Positions 1 to 14,500 of a stretch of DNA of 64,000 nt are shown here, in pieces. The stretch is from Eledone cirrhosa (Eukaryota), in NCBI GenBank assembly GCA_964016885.1, contig OZ024744.1, positions 136,214,001 to 136,278,000 of the forward strand, given 5' to 3'. Made by a program: the position numbers and the translations under genes. The notes beneath the pieces are model-generated. The model was not told the DNA's origin and searched no databases. It was given only the letters and a program-made list of their open reading frames with translations. How positions within the stretch are numbered: position 1 is the first letter of the stretch; every line of letters begins with the position of its first letter.

Positions 1-370
1 CAACCGGTAGGAGACCCAGGGGTAGACTCCAAGCAAGAGTGTTGGATAATATCCATGAGCTTGGCTAGTCACGCTTGGGGATCCAGCCAGATTAGTTGGA
101 GACGGTTGCTTCTGACAGGACCTGCTGGAAGGAATGTTTGAGGACTCTGCTTCAACAACCTTCTTAGGAATAAGTCAGCGAAGCAGAAGATATCTTTAGA
201 GCTTAGCCGTAGGATTCCAGAGAATGAAACAAAGCGATGTTGGTTTTTTGGGGTCAGTTCGGCCAAACACAGTATGTCTTGACATGGGAGGAAGAGATGC
301 TGTGCAGCAAAGGACCCATCCAAGCCTGGAAAAGCTTACATAGAAACAATGATTATGCTTATGATGATGA
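1..370 (+). mobile_element. Degraded 3' end of an RTE-clade LINE (C-terminus plus 3' UTR), cut by the window start
   Basis: A + frame from nt 3 reads TGRRPRGRLQARVLDNIHELG*SRLGIQPD*LETVASDRTCWKECL, resembling the RTE C-terminal GxRxxGRP...DRxxW motif. It ends in ccatccaagcctggaaaag...tgatgatga, like the RTE tails elsewhere in the window. Confidence 0.6.
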
Positions 371-542
371 CGTCGCAGAATTTGTAATGCCAGGAATGTT
401 AAAAGCACCAATCTAGTCTAGTATATATACACACGCGTAAATAAGACCACTATTGCTCCAATCAGTCTACTACCCATCAGTAATCACCCTAAACCGAATA
501 CCAACTTGTACTATGACTCCTACCAAACCAAACTGTACTCAC

Positions 543-618
543 CCTTCAAATTCGTAAAATCAAACGAAGAGCACCTATCATTCCAAACTCAGCTTACGCA
601 ACGAGCTGCAACAGCCAC
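543..618 (-). other. Candidate 76-nt non-coding exon on the minus strand
   Basis: The minus strand reads tctgtcttccccattag|GTGGCTG...TTGAAGG|gtgagt: good acceptor and donor in non-repetitive sequence, but stops in all three frames. Confidence 0.25.
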
Positions 619-1689
619 CTAATGGGGAAGACAGACGTTATCAAGCTACAGTTGTCATATTAAGTAGTTTGTATATAAAACAGCCAAAAGTATTATTATC
701 TCTTTATATATATAAATATCAAAGGTAGAACTATACTAACAATTCTTAAAGTAGAGAATTAAAATGATAGTATGTAATTGCCAGTTTTAAGAAAAGGGAA
801 TATCTCAATGTGTTTATATAATATATAAAGGTTTGGGAGAAGAAAAGATATTAGTTTGGAAGAGAGGTTATAGATATAAATGTAGGGCAAATATAGACAA
901 AGGTATTAATGGAAAATTATTCTTCACTCATCAAAAAACCGTATTTATTCTCTTACAATTGTTTCAAATGAGATATGACCTCCAATTATTCGAAATGTTG
1001 GTAAAAATTCGTTTCATATAGTTAAGTCAATCTATAAATTTAGATATGTTTCTATAAGATCATAATTCATTCTCCTCTCCGAGAAAAACATAGTTTGTGA
1101 TGAATTTTTATCAGTGAAATATTTTGATTACCTTTAGCTTAGAATATGTATGTTAATTCTGCATCTTAAGTACGGAGTTTACTTCGACAGAATAAATTTT
1201 TGTTTTCGTCTTCCGTATTTCGCACGAATATCGTATGCTGACATTTTGATTTTAGGAGAAAAACGAGAAGTAATATAAGGGAGATAATTGATAGAAAATT
1301 AACCTTAGAAATTAGTACCTGGGATTAAATAAACTAGTTTTGACTAAGTTCATATTCCACTCATCAAATAACATTTAAGTAAAGGAGATACTATAGGATA
1401 CATCCAGAAATGGACATATTCATGTGTGTATATTATTATCCCCCGCTAAATTAATTCACATTTTTATTCACACACTCATATACGCATAATATGTGGAAAA
1501 ATACATGCTGACATATAAACACGAGTGTTCCTAAACTTACAATCCATAACACGTCCATTTACCCATGTCTAAAGATACAAGTATACATCTCAGGTTAAAA
1601 TCCTAAAAATTATTATTTCTAAGTATGCATATCTGTTTAATTAACTCTATATGTAAGGTATACAGTCAATGCGAAGAAAAGAAAATGAG

Positions 1690-2503
1690 TGCACTGGGTG
1701 TATTTTATCATGACACCAACACTACCACATTACAGAGTGTACTGGGTGTATTTTATCATGACACCAACACTACCACATTACAGAGTGTACTGGGTGTATT
1801 TTATCATGGCACCAACACTGTCACATTACAGAGTGTACTGGGTGTATTTTATCATGACACCAACACTACCACATTACAGAGTGTACTGGGTGTATTTTAT
1901 CATGACACCAATACTACCACTTTAAAGAGTGTACTGGGTGTATTATATCATGACACCAACACTACAACTTTACAGAGTGTACTGGGTGTATTATATCATG
2001 ACACCAACACTACAACTTTACAGAGTGTACTGGGTGTATTATATCATGACACCAAAACTGCCACATTACAGAGTGTACTGGGTGTATTTTATCATGACAC
2101 CAACACTACCACTTTACAGAGTGTACTGGGTGTATTATATCATGACACCAACACTACCAATTTACAGAGTGTACTGGGTGTATTATATCATGACACCAAC
2201 ACTACCACTTTACAGAGTGTACTGGGTGTATTTTATCATGTCTCCAACACTGCCACATTACAGAGTGTACTGGGTGTATTATATCATGACACCAACACTA
2301 TCACTTTACAGAGTGTACTGGGTGTATTTTATCATGACACCAACACTATCACTTTACAGAGTGTACTGGGTGTATTTTATCATGTCTCCAACACTGCCAC
2401 GTTACAGAGTGTACTGGGTGTATTATACCATGACACCAACACTGCCACATTACAGAGTGTACTGGGTGTATTATATCATGACACTAACACTACCACATTA
2501 CAC
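1690..2503. repeat. 48-bp satellite, left block (~17 monomers, inverted relative to the main block)
   Basis: Tandem agtgtactgggtgtattatatcatgacaccaacactaccactttacag; 16-aa periodic ORFs. Confidence 0.97.
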
Positions 2504-5500
2504 CTAGTACACTCTGCAAAGTGGGAGTGGTGGTGACATGATATAATACATCCAGTACACTCTGTAAACTGGTAGTGTTGGTGTCATGATAAAATACACC
2601 CAGTACACTCTGTAAAGTGGTAGTGTCATGATATAATACACCCAGTACACTCTGAACTGTGGTAGTGTTGGTGTCATGATAGACTACACCCAGTACACTC
2701 TGTAAAGTGGTAGTGTTGGTGTCATGATATAATACACCCAGTACACTCTGTAAAGTGGTACTGCTGGTGTCATGATATAATACACCCAGTACACTCTGTA
2801 AAGTGGTAGTGTTGGTGTCATGATATAATACACCCAGTACACTCTGTAAAGTGATAGTGTTGGTGTCATGATATAATACACCCAGTACACTCTGTAAAGT
2901 GGTAGTGTTGGTGTCATGATAAAATATACTCATTACACTCTGTAAAGTGGTACTGCTGGTGTCATGATATAATACACCCAGTACACTCTGTAAAGTGATA
3001 GTGTTGGTGTCATGATATAATACACCCAGTACACTCTGTAAAGTGGTAGTGTTGGTGTCATGATAAAATATACTCAGTACACTCTGTAAAGTGGTAGTGT
3101 TGGTGTCATGATATAATACACCCAGTACACTCTGTAAAGTGGTAGTGTTGGTGTCATGATATAATACACCCAGTACACTCTCTAAAGTGGTAGAGTTGGT
3201 GTCAGGATATAAACACCCAGTACACTCTGTAAAGTGGTAGTGTTGGTGTCATCATATAAACACCCAGTACACTCTGTAAAGTGGGAGAGTTGGTGTCATG
3301 ATAAAATACACCCAGTACACTCTGTAAAGTGGTAGAGTTGGTGTAATGACATAATACACCCAGTACACTCTGTAAAGGGTTAGTGTTAGTGTCATGATAT
3401 AATACACCCAGTACACTCTGTAATGTGGGTAGTGTTGTTGTCATGATATAATACACCCAGTACGCTCTGTAAAGTGGTAGAGTTGGTGTCAGGATATAAA
3501 GACCCAGTACACTCTGTAAAGTGGTAGTGTTGGTGTCATCATATAAACACCCAGTACACTCTGTAAAGTGGTAGTGTTGGTGTCATGATATAATACACCC
3601 AGTACACTCTGTAAAGTGGTAGTGTTTCGTCACAATAAAATACACCCAGTACACTCTGTAAAGTGGTAGTGTTGGTGTCATGATATAATACACCAAGTAC
3701 ACTCTGTAAAGTGGTAGTGTTGGTGTCATGATAAAATACACCCAGTACACTCTGTAAAGTGGTAGTGTTGGTGTCATGATATAATACACCCAGTACACTC
3801 TGTAAAGTGGCAGTGTTGGTGTCATGATAAAATACACCCAGTACACTCTGTAAAGTGGTAGTGTTGGTGTCATGATAAAATACACCCAGTACACTCTGTA
3901 AAGTGGTAGTGTTGGTGTCATGATATAATACACCCAGTACACTCTGTAAAGTGGCAGTGTTGGTGTCATGATAAAATACACCCAGTACACTCTGTAATGT
4001 GGCAGTGTTGGTGTCATGATATAATACACCCTGTACACTCTGTAAAGTGGTAGTGTTGGTGTCATGATATAATACACCCAGTACACTCTTTAAAGTGGTA
4101 GATTTGGTGTCATGATATAATACACCCAGTACACTCTGTAAAGGGATAGTGTTGGTGTCATGATATAATACACCCTGTACACTCTGTAAAGTGTTAGTGT
4201 TAGTGTCATGATATAATACACCCAGTCCACTCTGTAAAGTGGTAGTGTTGGTGTCATGATAAAATACACCCAGTACACTCTGTAATGTGGGTAGTGTTGT
4301 TGTCATGATATAATACACCCAGTACACTCTGTAAAGTGGTAGTGTTGGTGTCATGATATAATACACCCAGTACACTCTGTAAAGTGGTAGTGTTGGTGTC
4401 ATGATATAATACACCCAGTACACTCTGTAAAGTGGTAGTGTTTTGTCACAATAAAATACACCCAGTACACTCTGTAAAGTGGTAGTGTTGGTATAATGAT
4501 ATAATACACCCAGTACACTCTGTAATGTGGTAGAGTTGGTGTCATGATATAATACACCCAGTACACTCTGTAAAGTGGTAGTGTTGGTGTCATGATATAA
4601 TACACCCAGTACACTCTGTAATGTGGCAGTGTTAGTGTCATGATATAATACACCCAGTCCACTCTGTAAAGTGGTAGTGTTGGTGTCATGATAAAATACA
4701 CCCAGTACACTCTGTAATGTGGTAGTGCTGGTGTCATGATATGATACACCCTGTACACTCTGTAAAGTGGTAGTGTTGGTGTCATGATATAATACACCCA
4801 GTACACTCTGTAAAGTGGTAGTGTTGGTGTCATGATATAATACACCCAGTACACTCTGTAAAGTGGTAGTGTTGGTGTCATGATATAATATACCCAGTAC
4901 ACTCTGTAAAGTGGTAGTGTTGGTATCATGATATAATACACCCAGTACACTCTGTAAAGTGGAAGTGTTGGTGTCATGATACAATACACCCAGTACACTC
5001 TGTAAAGTGGCAGTGTTGGTGTCATGATATAATACACCCAGTCCACTCTGTAAAGTGGTAGTGTTGGTGTCATGATAAAATACACCCAGTACTCTGTAAT
5101 GTGGCAGTGTTGGTGTCATGATATAATACACCAAGTACACTCTGTAAAGTGGTGGTGTTGGTGTCATGATATAATACACCCAGTACACTCTGTAAAGTGG
5201 TAGTGTTGGTGTCATGATATAATACACCCAGTACACTCTGTAAAGTGGTAGTGTTGGTGTCATGATATGATACACCCTGTAGATGCTGTAAAGTGGTAGT
5301 GTTGGTGTCATGATATAATACACCCAGTACACTCTGTAAAGTGGTAGAGTTGGTGTCATGATATAATACACACAGTACACTCTGTAAAGTGGTAGATTTG
5401 GTGTCATGATATAATACACCCAGTACACTCTGTAAAGGGATAGTGTTGGTGTCATGATATAATACACCCAGTACACTCTGTAATGTGGCAGTGTTGGTGT

Positions 5501-8500
5501 CATGATAAAATACACCCAGTACACTCTGTAATGTGGCAGTGTTGGTGTCATGATATAATACACCCTGTACACTCTGTAAAGTGGTAGTGTTGGTGTCATG
5601 ATATAATACACACAGTACACTCTGTAAAGTGGTAGATTTGGTGTCATGATATAATACACCCAGTACACTCTGTAAAGAGATGGTGTTGGTGTCATGATAT
5701 AATACACCCTGTACACTCTGTAAAGTGTTAGTGTTAGTGTCATGATATAATACACCCAGTACACTCTGTAATGTGGGTAGGTTGTTGTCATGATATAATA
5801 CACCCAGTACACTCTGTAAAGTGGTAGTGTTGGTGTCATGATATAATACACCAAGTACACTCTGTAAAATGGTAGTGTTGGTGTCATGATATAATACACC
5901 CTGTACACTCTGTAAAGTGGTAGTGTTGGTATCATGATATAATACACCCAGTACACTCTGTAAAGTGGTAGTGTCATGATATAATACACCCAGTACACTC
6001 TGAACTGTGGTAGTGTTGGTGCCATGATATAATACACCCAGTACACTCTGTAAAGTGGTAGTGTTGGTGTCATGATATAATACACCCAGTACACTCTGTA
6101 AAGTGGCAGTGTTGGTGTCATGATAAAATACACCCAGTACACTCTGTAATGTGGCAGTGTTGGTGTCATGATAAAATACACCCAGTACACTCTGTAATGT
6201 GGCAGTGTTGGTGACATGATATAATACACCCTGTACACTCTGTAAAGTGGTAGTGTTGGTATCATGATATAATACACCCAGTACACTCTGTAAAGTGGCA
6301 GTGTTGGTGTCATGATAAAATACACCCAGTACACACTGTAAAGTGGCAGTGTTGGTGTCATGATATAATACACCCAGTACACTCTGTAAAGTGGTAGATT
6401 TGGTGTCATGATATAATACACCCAGTACACTCTGTAAAGGGATAGTGTTGGTGTCATGATATAATACACCCTGTACACTCTGTAAAGTGTTAGTGTTAGT
6501 GTCATGATATAATACACCCAGTACACTCTGTAATGTGGGTAGTGTTGTTGTCATGATATAATACACCCAGTACACTCTGTAAAGTGGTAGTGTTGGTGTC
6601 ATGATATAATACACCCAGTATACTCTGTAAAGTGGTAGTGTTTCGTCACAATAAAATACACCCAGTACACTCTGTAATGTGGTAGTGTTCGTATAATGAT
6701 ATAATACACCCAGTACACTCTGTAATGTGGTAGTGTTAGTGTCATGATATAATACACCCAGTACACTCTGTAAAGTGGTAGTGTTGGTGTCATGATATAA
6801 AACACCCAGTACACTCTGTAAAGTGGTAGTGTTGGTGTCATGATATAATACACCCAGTACACTCTGTAAAGTGGTAGTGTTGGTGTCATGATATAATACA
6901 CCCAGTACACTCTCTAAAGTGGTAGAGTTGGTGTCAGGATATAAACACCCAGTACACTCTGTAAAGTGGTAGTGTTGGTGTCATCATATAAACACCCAGT
7001 ACACTCTGTAAAGTGGGAGAGTTGGTGTCATGATAAAATACACCCAGTACACTCTGTAAAGTGGTAGAGTTGGTGTAATGACATAATACACCCAGTACAC
7101 TCTGTAAAGTGTTAGTGTTAGTGTCATGATATAATACACCCAGTACACTCTGTAATGTGGGTAGTGTTGTTGTCATGATATAATACACCCAGTACGCTCT
7201 GTAAAGTGGTAGAGTTGGTGTCAGGATATAAAGACCCAGTACACTCTGTAAAGTGGTAGTGTTGGTGTCATCATATAAACACCCAGTACACTCTGTAAAG
7301 TGGGAGAGTTGGTGTCATGATAAAATACACCCAGTACACTCTGTAAAGTGGTAGTGTTGGTGTCATGATATAATACACCCAGTACACTCTGTAAAGTGGT
7401 AGTGTTTCGTCACAATAAAATACACCCAGTACACTCTGTAAAGTGGTAGTGTTGGTGTCATGATATAATACACCAAGTACACTCTGTAAAGTGGTAGTGT
7501 TGGTGTCATGATAAAATACACCCAGTACACTCTGTAAAGTGGTAGTGTTGGTGTCATGATATAATACACCCAGTACACTCTGTAAAGTGGCAGTGTTGGT
7601 GTCATGATAAAATACACCCAGTACACTCTGTAATGTGGCAGTGTTGGTGTCATGATATAATACACCCTGTACACTCTGTAAAGTGGTAGTGTTGGTGTCA
7701 TGATATAATACACCCAGTACACTCTTTAAAGTGGTAGATTTGGTGTCATGATATAATACACCCAGTACACTCTGTAAAGGGATAGTGTTGGTGTCATGAT
7801 ATAATACACCCTGTACACTCTGTAAAGTGTTAGTGTTAGTGTCATGATATAATACACCCAGTCCACTCTGTAAAGTGGTAGTGTTGGTGTCATGATAAAA
7901 TACACCCAGTACACTCTGTAATGTGGGTAGTGTTGTTGTCATGATATAATACACCCAGTACACTCTGTAAAGTGGTAGTGTTGGTGTCATGATATAATAC
8001 ACCCAGTACACTCTGTAAAGTGGTAGTGTTGGTGTCATGATATAATACACCCAGTACACTCTGTAAAGTGGTAGTGTTTTGTCACAATAAAATACACCCA
8101 GTACACTCTGTAAAGTGGTAGTGTTGGTATAATGATATAATACACCCAGTACACTCTGTAATGTGGTAGAGTTGGTGTCATGATATAATACACCCAGTAC
8201 ACTCTGTAAAGTGGTAGTGTTGGTGTCATGATATAATACACCCAGTACACTCTGTAATGTGGCAGTGTTAGTGTCATGATATAATACACCCAGTCCACTC
8301 TGTAAAGTGGTAGTGTTGGTGTCATGATAAAATACACCCAGTACACTCTGTAATGTGGTAGTGCTGGTGTCATGATATGATACACCCTGTACACTCTGTA
8401 AAGTGGTAGTGTTGGTGTCATGATATAATACACCCAGTACACTCTGTAAAGTGGTAGTGTTGGTGTCATGATATAATACACCCAGTACACTCTGTAAAGT

Positions 8501-11500
8501 GGTAGTGTTGGTGTCATGATATAATATACCCAGTACACTCTGTAAAGTGGTAGTGTTGGTATCATGATATAATACACCCAGTACACTCTGTAAAGTGGAA
8601 GTGTTGGTGTCATGATACAATACACCCAGTACACTCTGTAAAGTGGTAGTGTTGGTGTCATGATAAAATACACCCTGTACACTCTGTAATGTGGCAGTGT
8701 TGGTGTCATGATATAATACACCCAGTACACTCTGTAATGTGGCAGTGTTGGTGTCATGATATAATACACCCAGTCCACTCTGTAAAGTGGTAGTGTTGGT
8801 GTCATGATAAAATACACCCAGTACACTCTGTAATGTGGCAGTGTTGGTGTCATGATATAATACACCAAGTACACTCTGTAAAGTGGTGGTGTTGGTGTCA
8901 TGATATAATACACCCAGTACACTCTGTAAAGTGGTAGTGTTGGTGTCATGATATAATACACCCAGTACACTCTGTAAAGTGGTAGTGTTGGTGTCATGAT
9001 ATGATACACCCTGTAGATGCTGTAAAGTGGTAGTGTTGGTGTCATGATATAATACACCCAGTACACTCTGTAAAGTGGTAGAGTTGGTGTCATGATATAA
9101 TACACACAGTACACTCTGTAAAGTGGTAGATTTGGTGTCATGATATAATACACCCAGTACACTCTGTAAAGGGATAGTGTTGGTGTCATGATATAATACA
9201 CCCAGTACACTCTGTAATGTGGCAGTGTTGGTGTCATGATAAAATACACCCAGTACACTCTGTAATGTGGCAGTGTTGGTGTCATGATATAATACACCCT
9301 GTACACTCTGTAAAGTGGTAGTGTTGGTGTCATGATATAATACACACAGTACACTCTGTAAAGTGGTAGATTTGGTGTCATGATATAATACACCCAGTAC
9401 ACTCTGTAAAGAGATAGTGTTGGTGTCATGATATAATACACCCTGTACACTCTGTAAAGTGTTAGTGTTAGTGTCATGATATAATACACCCAGTACACTC
9501 TGTAATGTGGGTAGTGTTGTTGTCATGATATAATACACCCAGTACACTCTGTAAAGTGGTAGTGTTGGTGTCATGATATAATACACCAAGTACACTCTGT
9601 AAAATGGTAGTGTTGGTGTCATGATAAAATACACCCAGTACACTCTGTAAAGTGGTAGTGTTGGTGTCATGATATAATACACCAAGTACACTCTGTAAAA
9701 TGGTAGTGTTGGTGTCATGATATAATACACCCTGTACACTCTGTAAAGTGGTAGTGTTGGTATCATGATATAATACACCCAGTACACTCTGTAAAGTGGT
9801 AGTGTCATGATATAATACACCCAGTACACTCTGAACTGTGGTAGTGTTGGTGCCATGATATAATACACCCAGTACACTCTCTAAAGTGGTGGAGTTGGTG
9901 TCAGGATATAAACACCCAGTACACTCTGTAAAGTGGTAGTGTTGGTGTCATCATATAAACACCCAGTACACTCTGTAAAGTGGGAGAGTTGGTGTCATGA
10001 TAAAATACACCCAGTACACTCTGTAAAGTGGTAGAGTTGGTGTAATGACATAATACACCCAGTACACTCTGTAAAGTGTTAGTGTTAGTGTCATGATATA
10101 ATACACCCAGTACACTCTGTAATGTGGGTAGTGTTGTTGTCATGATATAATACACCCAGTACGCTCTGTAAAGTGGTAGAGTTGGTGTCAGGATATAAAG
10201 ACCCAGTACACTCTGTAAAGTAGTAGTGTTGGTGTCATCATATAAACACCCAGTACACTCTGTAAAGTGGTAGTGTTGGTGTCATGATATAATACACCCA
10301 GTACACTCTGTAAAGTGGTAGTGTTTCGTCACAATAAAATACACCCAGTACACTCTGTAAAGTGGTAGTGTTGGTGTCATGATATAATACACCAAGTACA
10401 CTCTGTAAAGTGGTAGTGTTGGTGTCATGATAAAATACACCCAGTACACTCTGTAAAGTGGTAGTGTTGGTGTCATGATATAATACACCCAGTACACTCT
10501 GTAAAGTGGCAGTGTTGGTGTCATGATAAAATACACCCAGTACACTCTGTAAAGTGGTAGTGTTGGTGTCATGATAAAATACACCCAGTACACTCTGTAA
10601 AGTGGTAGTGTTGGTGTCATGATATAATACACCCAGTACACTCTGTAAAGTGGCAGTGTTGGTGTCATGATAAAATACACCCAGTACACTCTGTAATGTG
10701 GCAGTGTTGGTGTCATGATATAATACACCCTGTACACTCTGTAAAGTGGTAGTGTTGGTGTCATGATATAATACACCCAGTACACTCTTTAAAGTGGTAG
10801 ATTTGGTGTCATGATATAATACACCCAGTACACTCTGTAAAGGGATAGTGTTTGTGTCATGATATAATACACCCTGTACACTCTGTAAAGTGTTAGTGTT
10901 AGTGTCATGATATAATACACCCAGTCCACTCTGTAAAGTGGTAGTGTTGGTGTCATGATAAAATACACCCAGTACACTCTGTAATGTGGGTAGTGTTGTT
11001 GTCATGATATAATACACCCAGTACACTCTGTAAAGTGGTAGTGTTGGTGTCATGATATAATACACCCAGTACACTCTGTAAAGTGGTAGTGTTGGTGTCA
11101 TGATATAATACACCCAGTACACTCTGTAAAGTGGTAGTGTTTTGTCACAATAAAATACACCCAGTACACTCTGTAAAGTGGTAGTGTTGGTATAATGATA
11201 TAATACACCCAGTACACTCTGTAATGTGGTAGAGTTGGTGTCATGATATAATACACCCAGTACACTCTGTAAAGTGGTAGTGTTGGTGTCATGATATAAT
11301 ACACCCAGTACACTCTGTAATGTGGCAGTGTTAGTGTCATGATATAATACACCCAGTCCACTCTGTAAAGTGGTAGTGTTGGTGTCATGATAAAATACAC
11401 CCAGTACACTCTGTAATGTGGTAGTGCTGGTGTCATGATATGATACACCCTGTACACTCTGTAAAGTGGTAGTGTTGGTGTCATGATATAATACACCCAG

Positions 11501-14500
11501 TACACTCTGTAAAGTGGTAGTGTTGGTGTCATGATATAATACACCCAGTACACTCTGTAAAGTGGTAGTGTTGGTGTCATGATATAATATACCCAGTACA
11601 CTCTGTAAAGTGGTAGTGTTGGTATCATGATATAATACACCCAGTACACTCTGTAAAGTGGAAGTGTTGGTGTCATGATACAATACACCCAGTACACTCT
11701 GTAAAGTGGCAGTGTTGGTGTCATGATATAATACACCCAGTCCACTCTGTAAAGTGGTAGTGTTGGTGTCATGATAAAATACACCCAGTACACTCTGTAA
11801 TGTGGCAGTGTTGGTGTCATGATATAATACACCAAGTACACTCTGTAAAGTGGTGGTGTTGGTGTCATGATATAATACACCCAGTACACTCTGTAAAGTG
11901 GTAGTGTTGGTGTCATGATATAATACACCCAGTACACTCTGTAAAGTGGTAGTGTTGGTGTCATGATATGATACACCCTGTAGATGCTGTAAAGTGGTAG
12001 TGTTGGTGTCATGATATAATACACCCAGTACACTCTGTAAAGTGGTAGAGTTGGTGTCATGATATAATACACACAGTACACTCTGTAAAGTGGTAGATTT
12101 GGTGTCATGATATAATACACCCAGTACACTCTGTAAAGGGATAGTGTTGGTGTCATGATATAATACACCCAGTACACTCTGTAATGTGGCAGTGTTGGTG
12201 TCATGATAAAATACACCCAGTACACTCTGTAATGTGGCAGTGTTGGTGTCATGATATAATACACCCTGTACACTCTGTAAAGTGGTAGATTTGGTGTCAT
12301 GATATAATACACCCAGTACACTCTGTAAAGAGATGGTGTTGGTGTCATGATATAATACACCCTGTACACTCTGTAAAGTGTTAGTGTTAGTGTCATGATA
12401 TAATACACCCAGTACACTCTGTAATGTGGGTAGTGTTGTTGTCATGATATAATACACCCAGTACACTCTGTAAAGGGATAGTGTTGGTGTCATGATATAA
12501 TACACCAAGTACACTCTGTAAAATGGTAGTGTTGGTGTCATGATAAAATACACCCAGTACACTCTGTAAAGTGGTAGTGTTGGTGTCATGATATAATACA
12601 CCAAGTACACTCTGTAAAATGGTAGTGTTGGTGTCATGATATAATACACCCTGTACACTCTGTAAAATGGTAGTGTTGGTATCATGATATAATACACCCA
12701 GTACACTCTGTAAAGTGGTAGTGTCATGATATAATACACCCAGTACACTCTGAACTGTGGTAGTGTTGGTGCCATGATATAATACACCCAGTACACTCTG
12801 TAAAGTGGTAGTGTTGGTGTCATGATATAATACACCCAGTACACTCTGTAAAGTGGCAGTGTTGGTGTCATGATAAAATACACCCAGTACACTCTGTAAT
12901 GTGGCAGTGTTGGTGTCATGATAAAATACACCCAGTACACTCTGTAATGTGGCAGTGTTGGTGACATGATATAATACACCCTGTACACTCTGTAAAGTGG
13001 TAGTGTTGGTATCATGATATAATACACCCAGTACACTCTGTAAAGTGGCAGTGTTGGTGTCATGATAAAATACACCCAGTACACTCTGTAAAGTGGCAGT
13101 GTTGGTGTCATGATATAATACACCCAGTACACTCTGTAAAGTGGTAGATTTGGTGTCATGATATAATACACCCAGTACACTCTGTAAAGGGATAGTGTTG
13201 GTGTCATGATATAATACACCCTGTACACTCTGTAAAGTGTTAGTGTTAGTGTCATGATATAATACACCCAGTACACTCTGTAATGTGGGTAGTGTTGTTG
13301 TCATGATATAATACACCCAGTACACTCTGTAAAGTGGTAGTGTTGGTGTCATGATATAATACACCCAGTATACTCTGTAAAGTGGTAGTGTTTCGTCACA
13401 ATAAAATACACCCAGTACACTCTGTAATGTGGTAGTGTTCGTATAATGATATAATACACCCAGTACACTCTGTAATGTGGTAGTGTTAGTGTCATGATAT
13501 AATACACCCAGTACACTCTGTAAAGTGGTAGTGTTGGTGTCATGATATAAAACACCCAGTACACTCTGTAAAGTGGTAGTGTTGGTGTCATGATATAATA
13601 CACCCAGTACACTCTGTAAAGTGGTAGTGTTGGTGTCATGATATAATACACCCAGTACACTCTCTAAAGTGGTAGAGTTGGTGTCAGGATATAAACACCC
13701 AGTACACTCTGTAAAGTGGTAGTGTTGGTGTCATCATATAAACACCCAGTACACTCTGTAAAGTGGGAGAGTTGGTGTCATGATAAAATACACCCAGTAC
13801 ACTCTGTAAAGTGGTAGAGTTGGTGTAATGACATAATACACCCAGTACACTCTGTAAAGTGTTAGTGTTAGTGTCATGATATAATACACCCAGTACACTC
13901 TGTAATGTGGGTAGTGTTGTTGTCATGATATAATACACCCAGTACGCTCTGTAAAGTGGTAGAGTTGGTGTCAGGATATAAAGACCCAGTACACTCTGTA
14001 AAGTGGTAGTGTTGGTGTCATCATATAAACACCCAGTACACTCTGTAAAGTGGGAGAGTTGGTGTCATGATAAAATACACCCAGTACACTCTGTAAAGTG
14101 GTAGTGTTGGTGTCATGATATAATACACCCAGTACACTCTGTAAAGTGGTAGTGTTTCGTCACAATAAAATACACCCAGTACACTCTGTAAAGTGGTAGT
14201 GTTGGTGTCATGATATAATACACCAAGTACACTCTGTAAAGTGGTAGTGTTGGTGTCATGATAAAATACACCCAGTACACTCTGTAAAGTGGTAGTGTTG
14301 GTGTCATGATATAATACACCCAGTACACTCTGTAAAGTGGCAGTGTTGGTGTCATGATAAAATACACCCAGTACACTCTGTAATGTGGCAGTGTTGGTGT
14401 CATGATATAATACACCCTGTACACTCTGTAAAGTGGTAGTGTTGGTGTCATGATATAATACACCCAGTACACTCTTTAAAGTGGTAGATTTGGTGTCATG

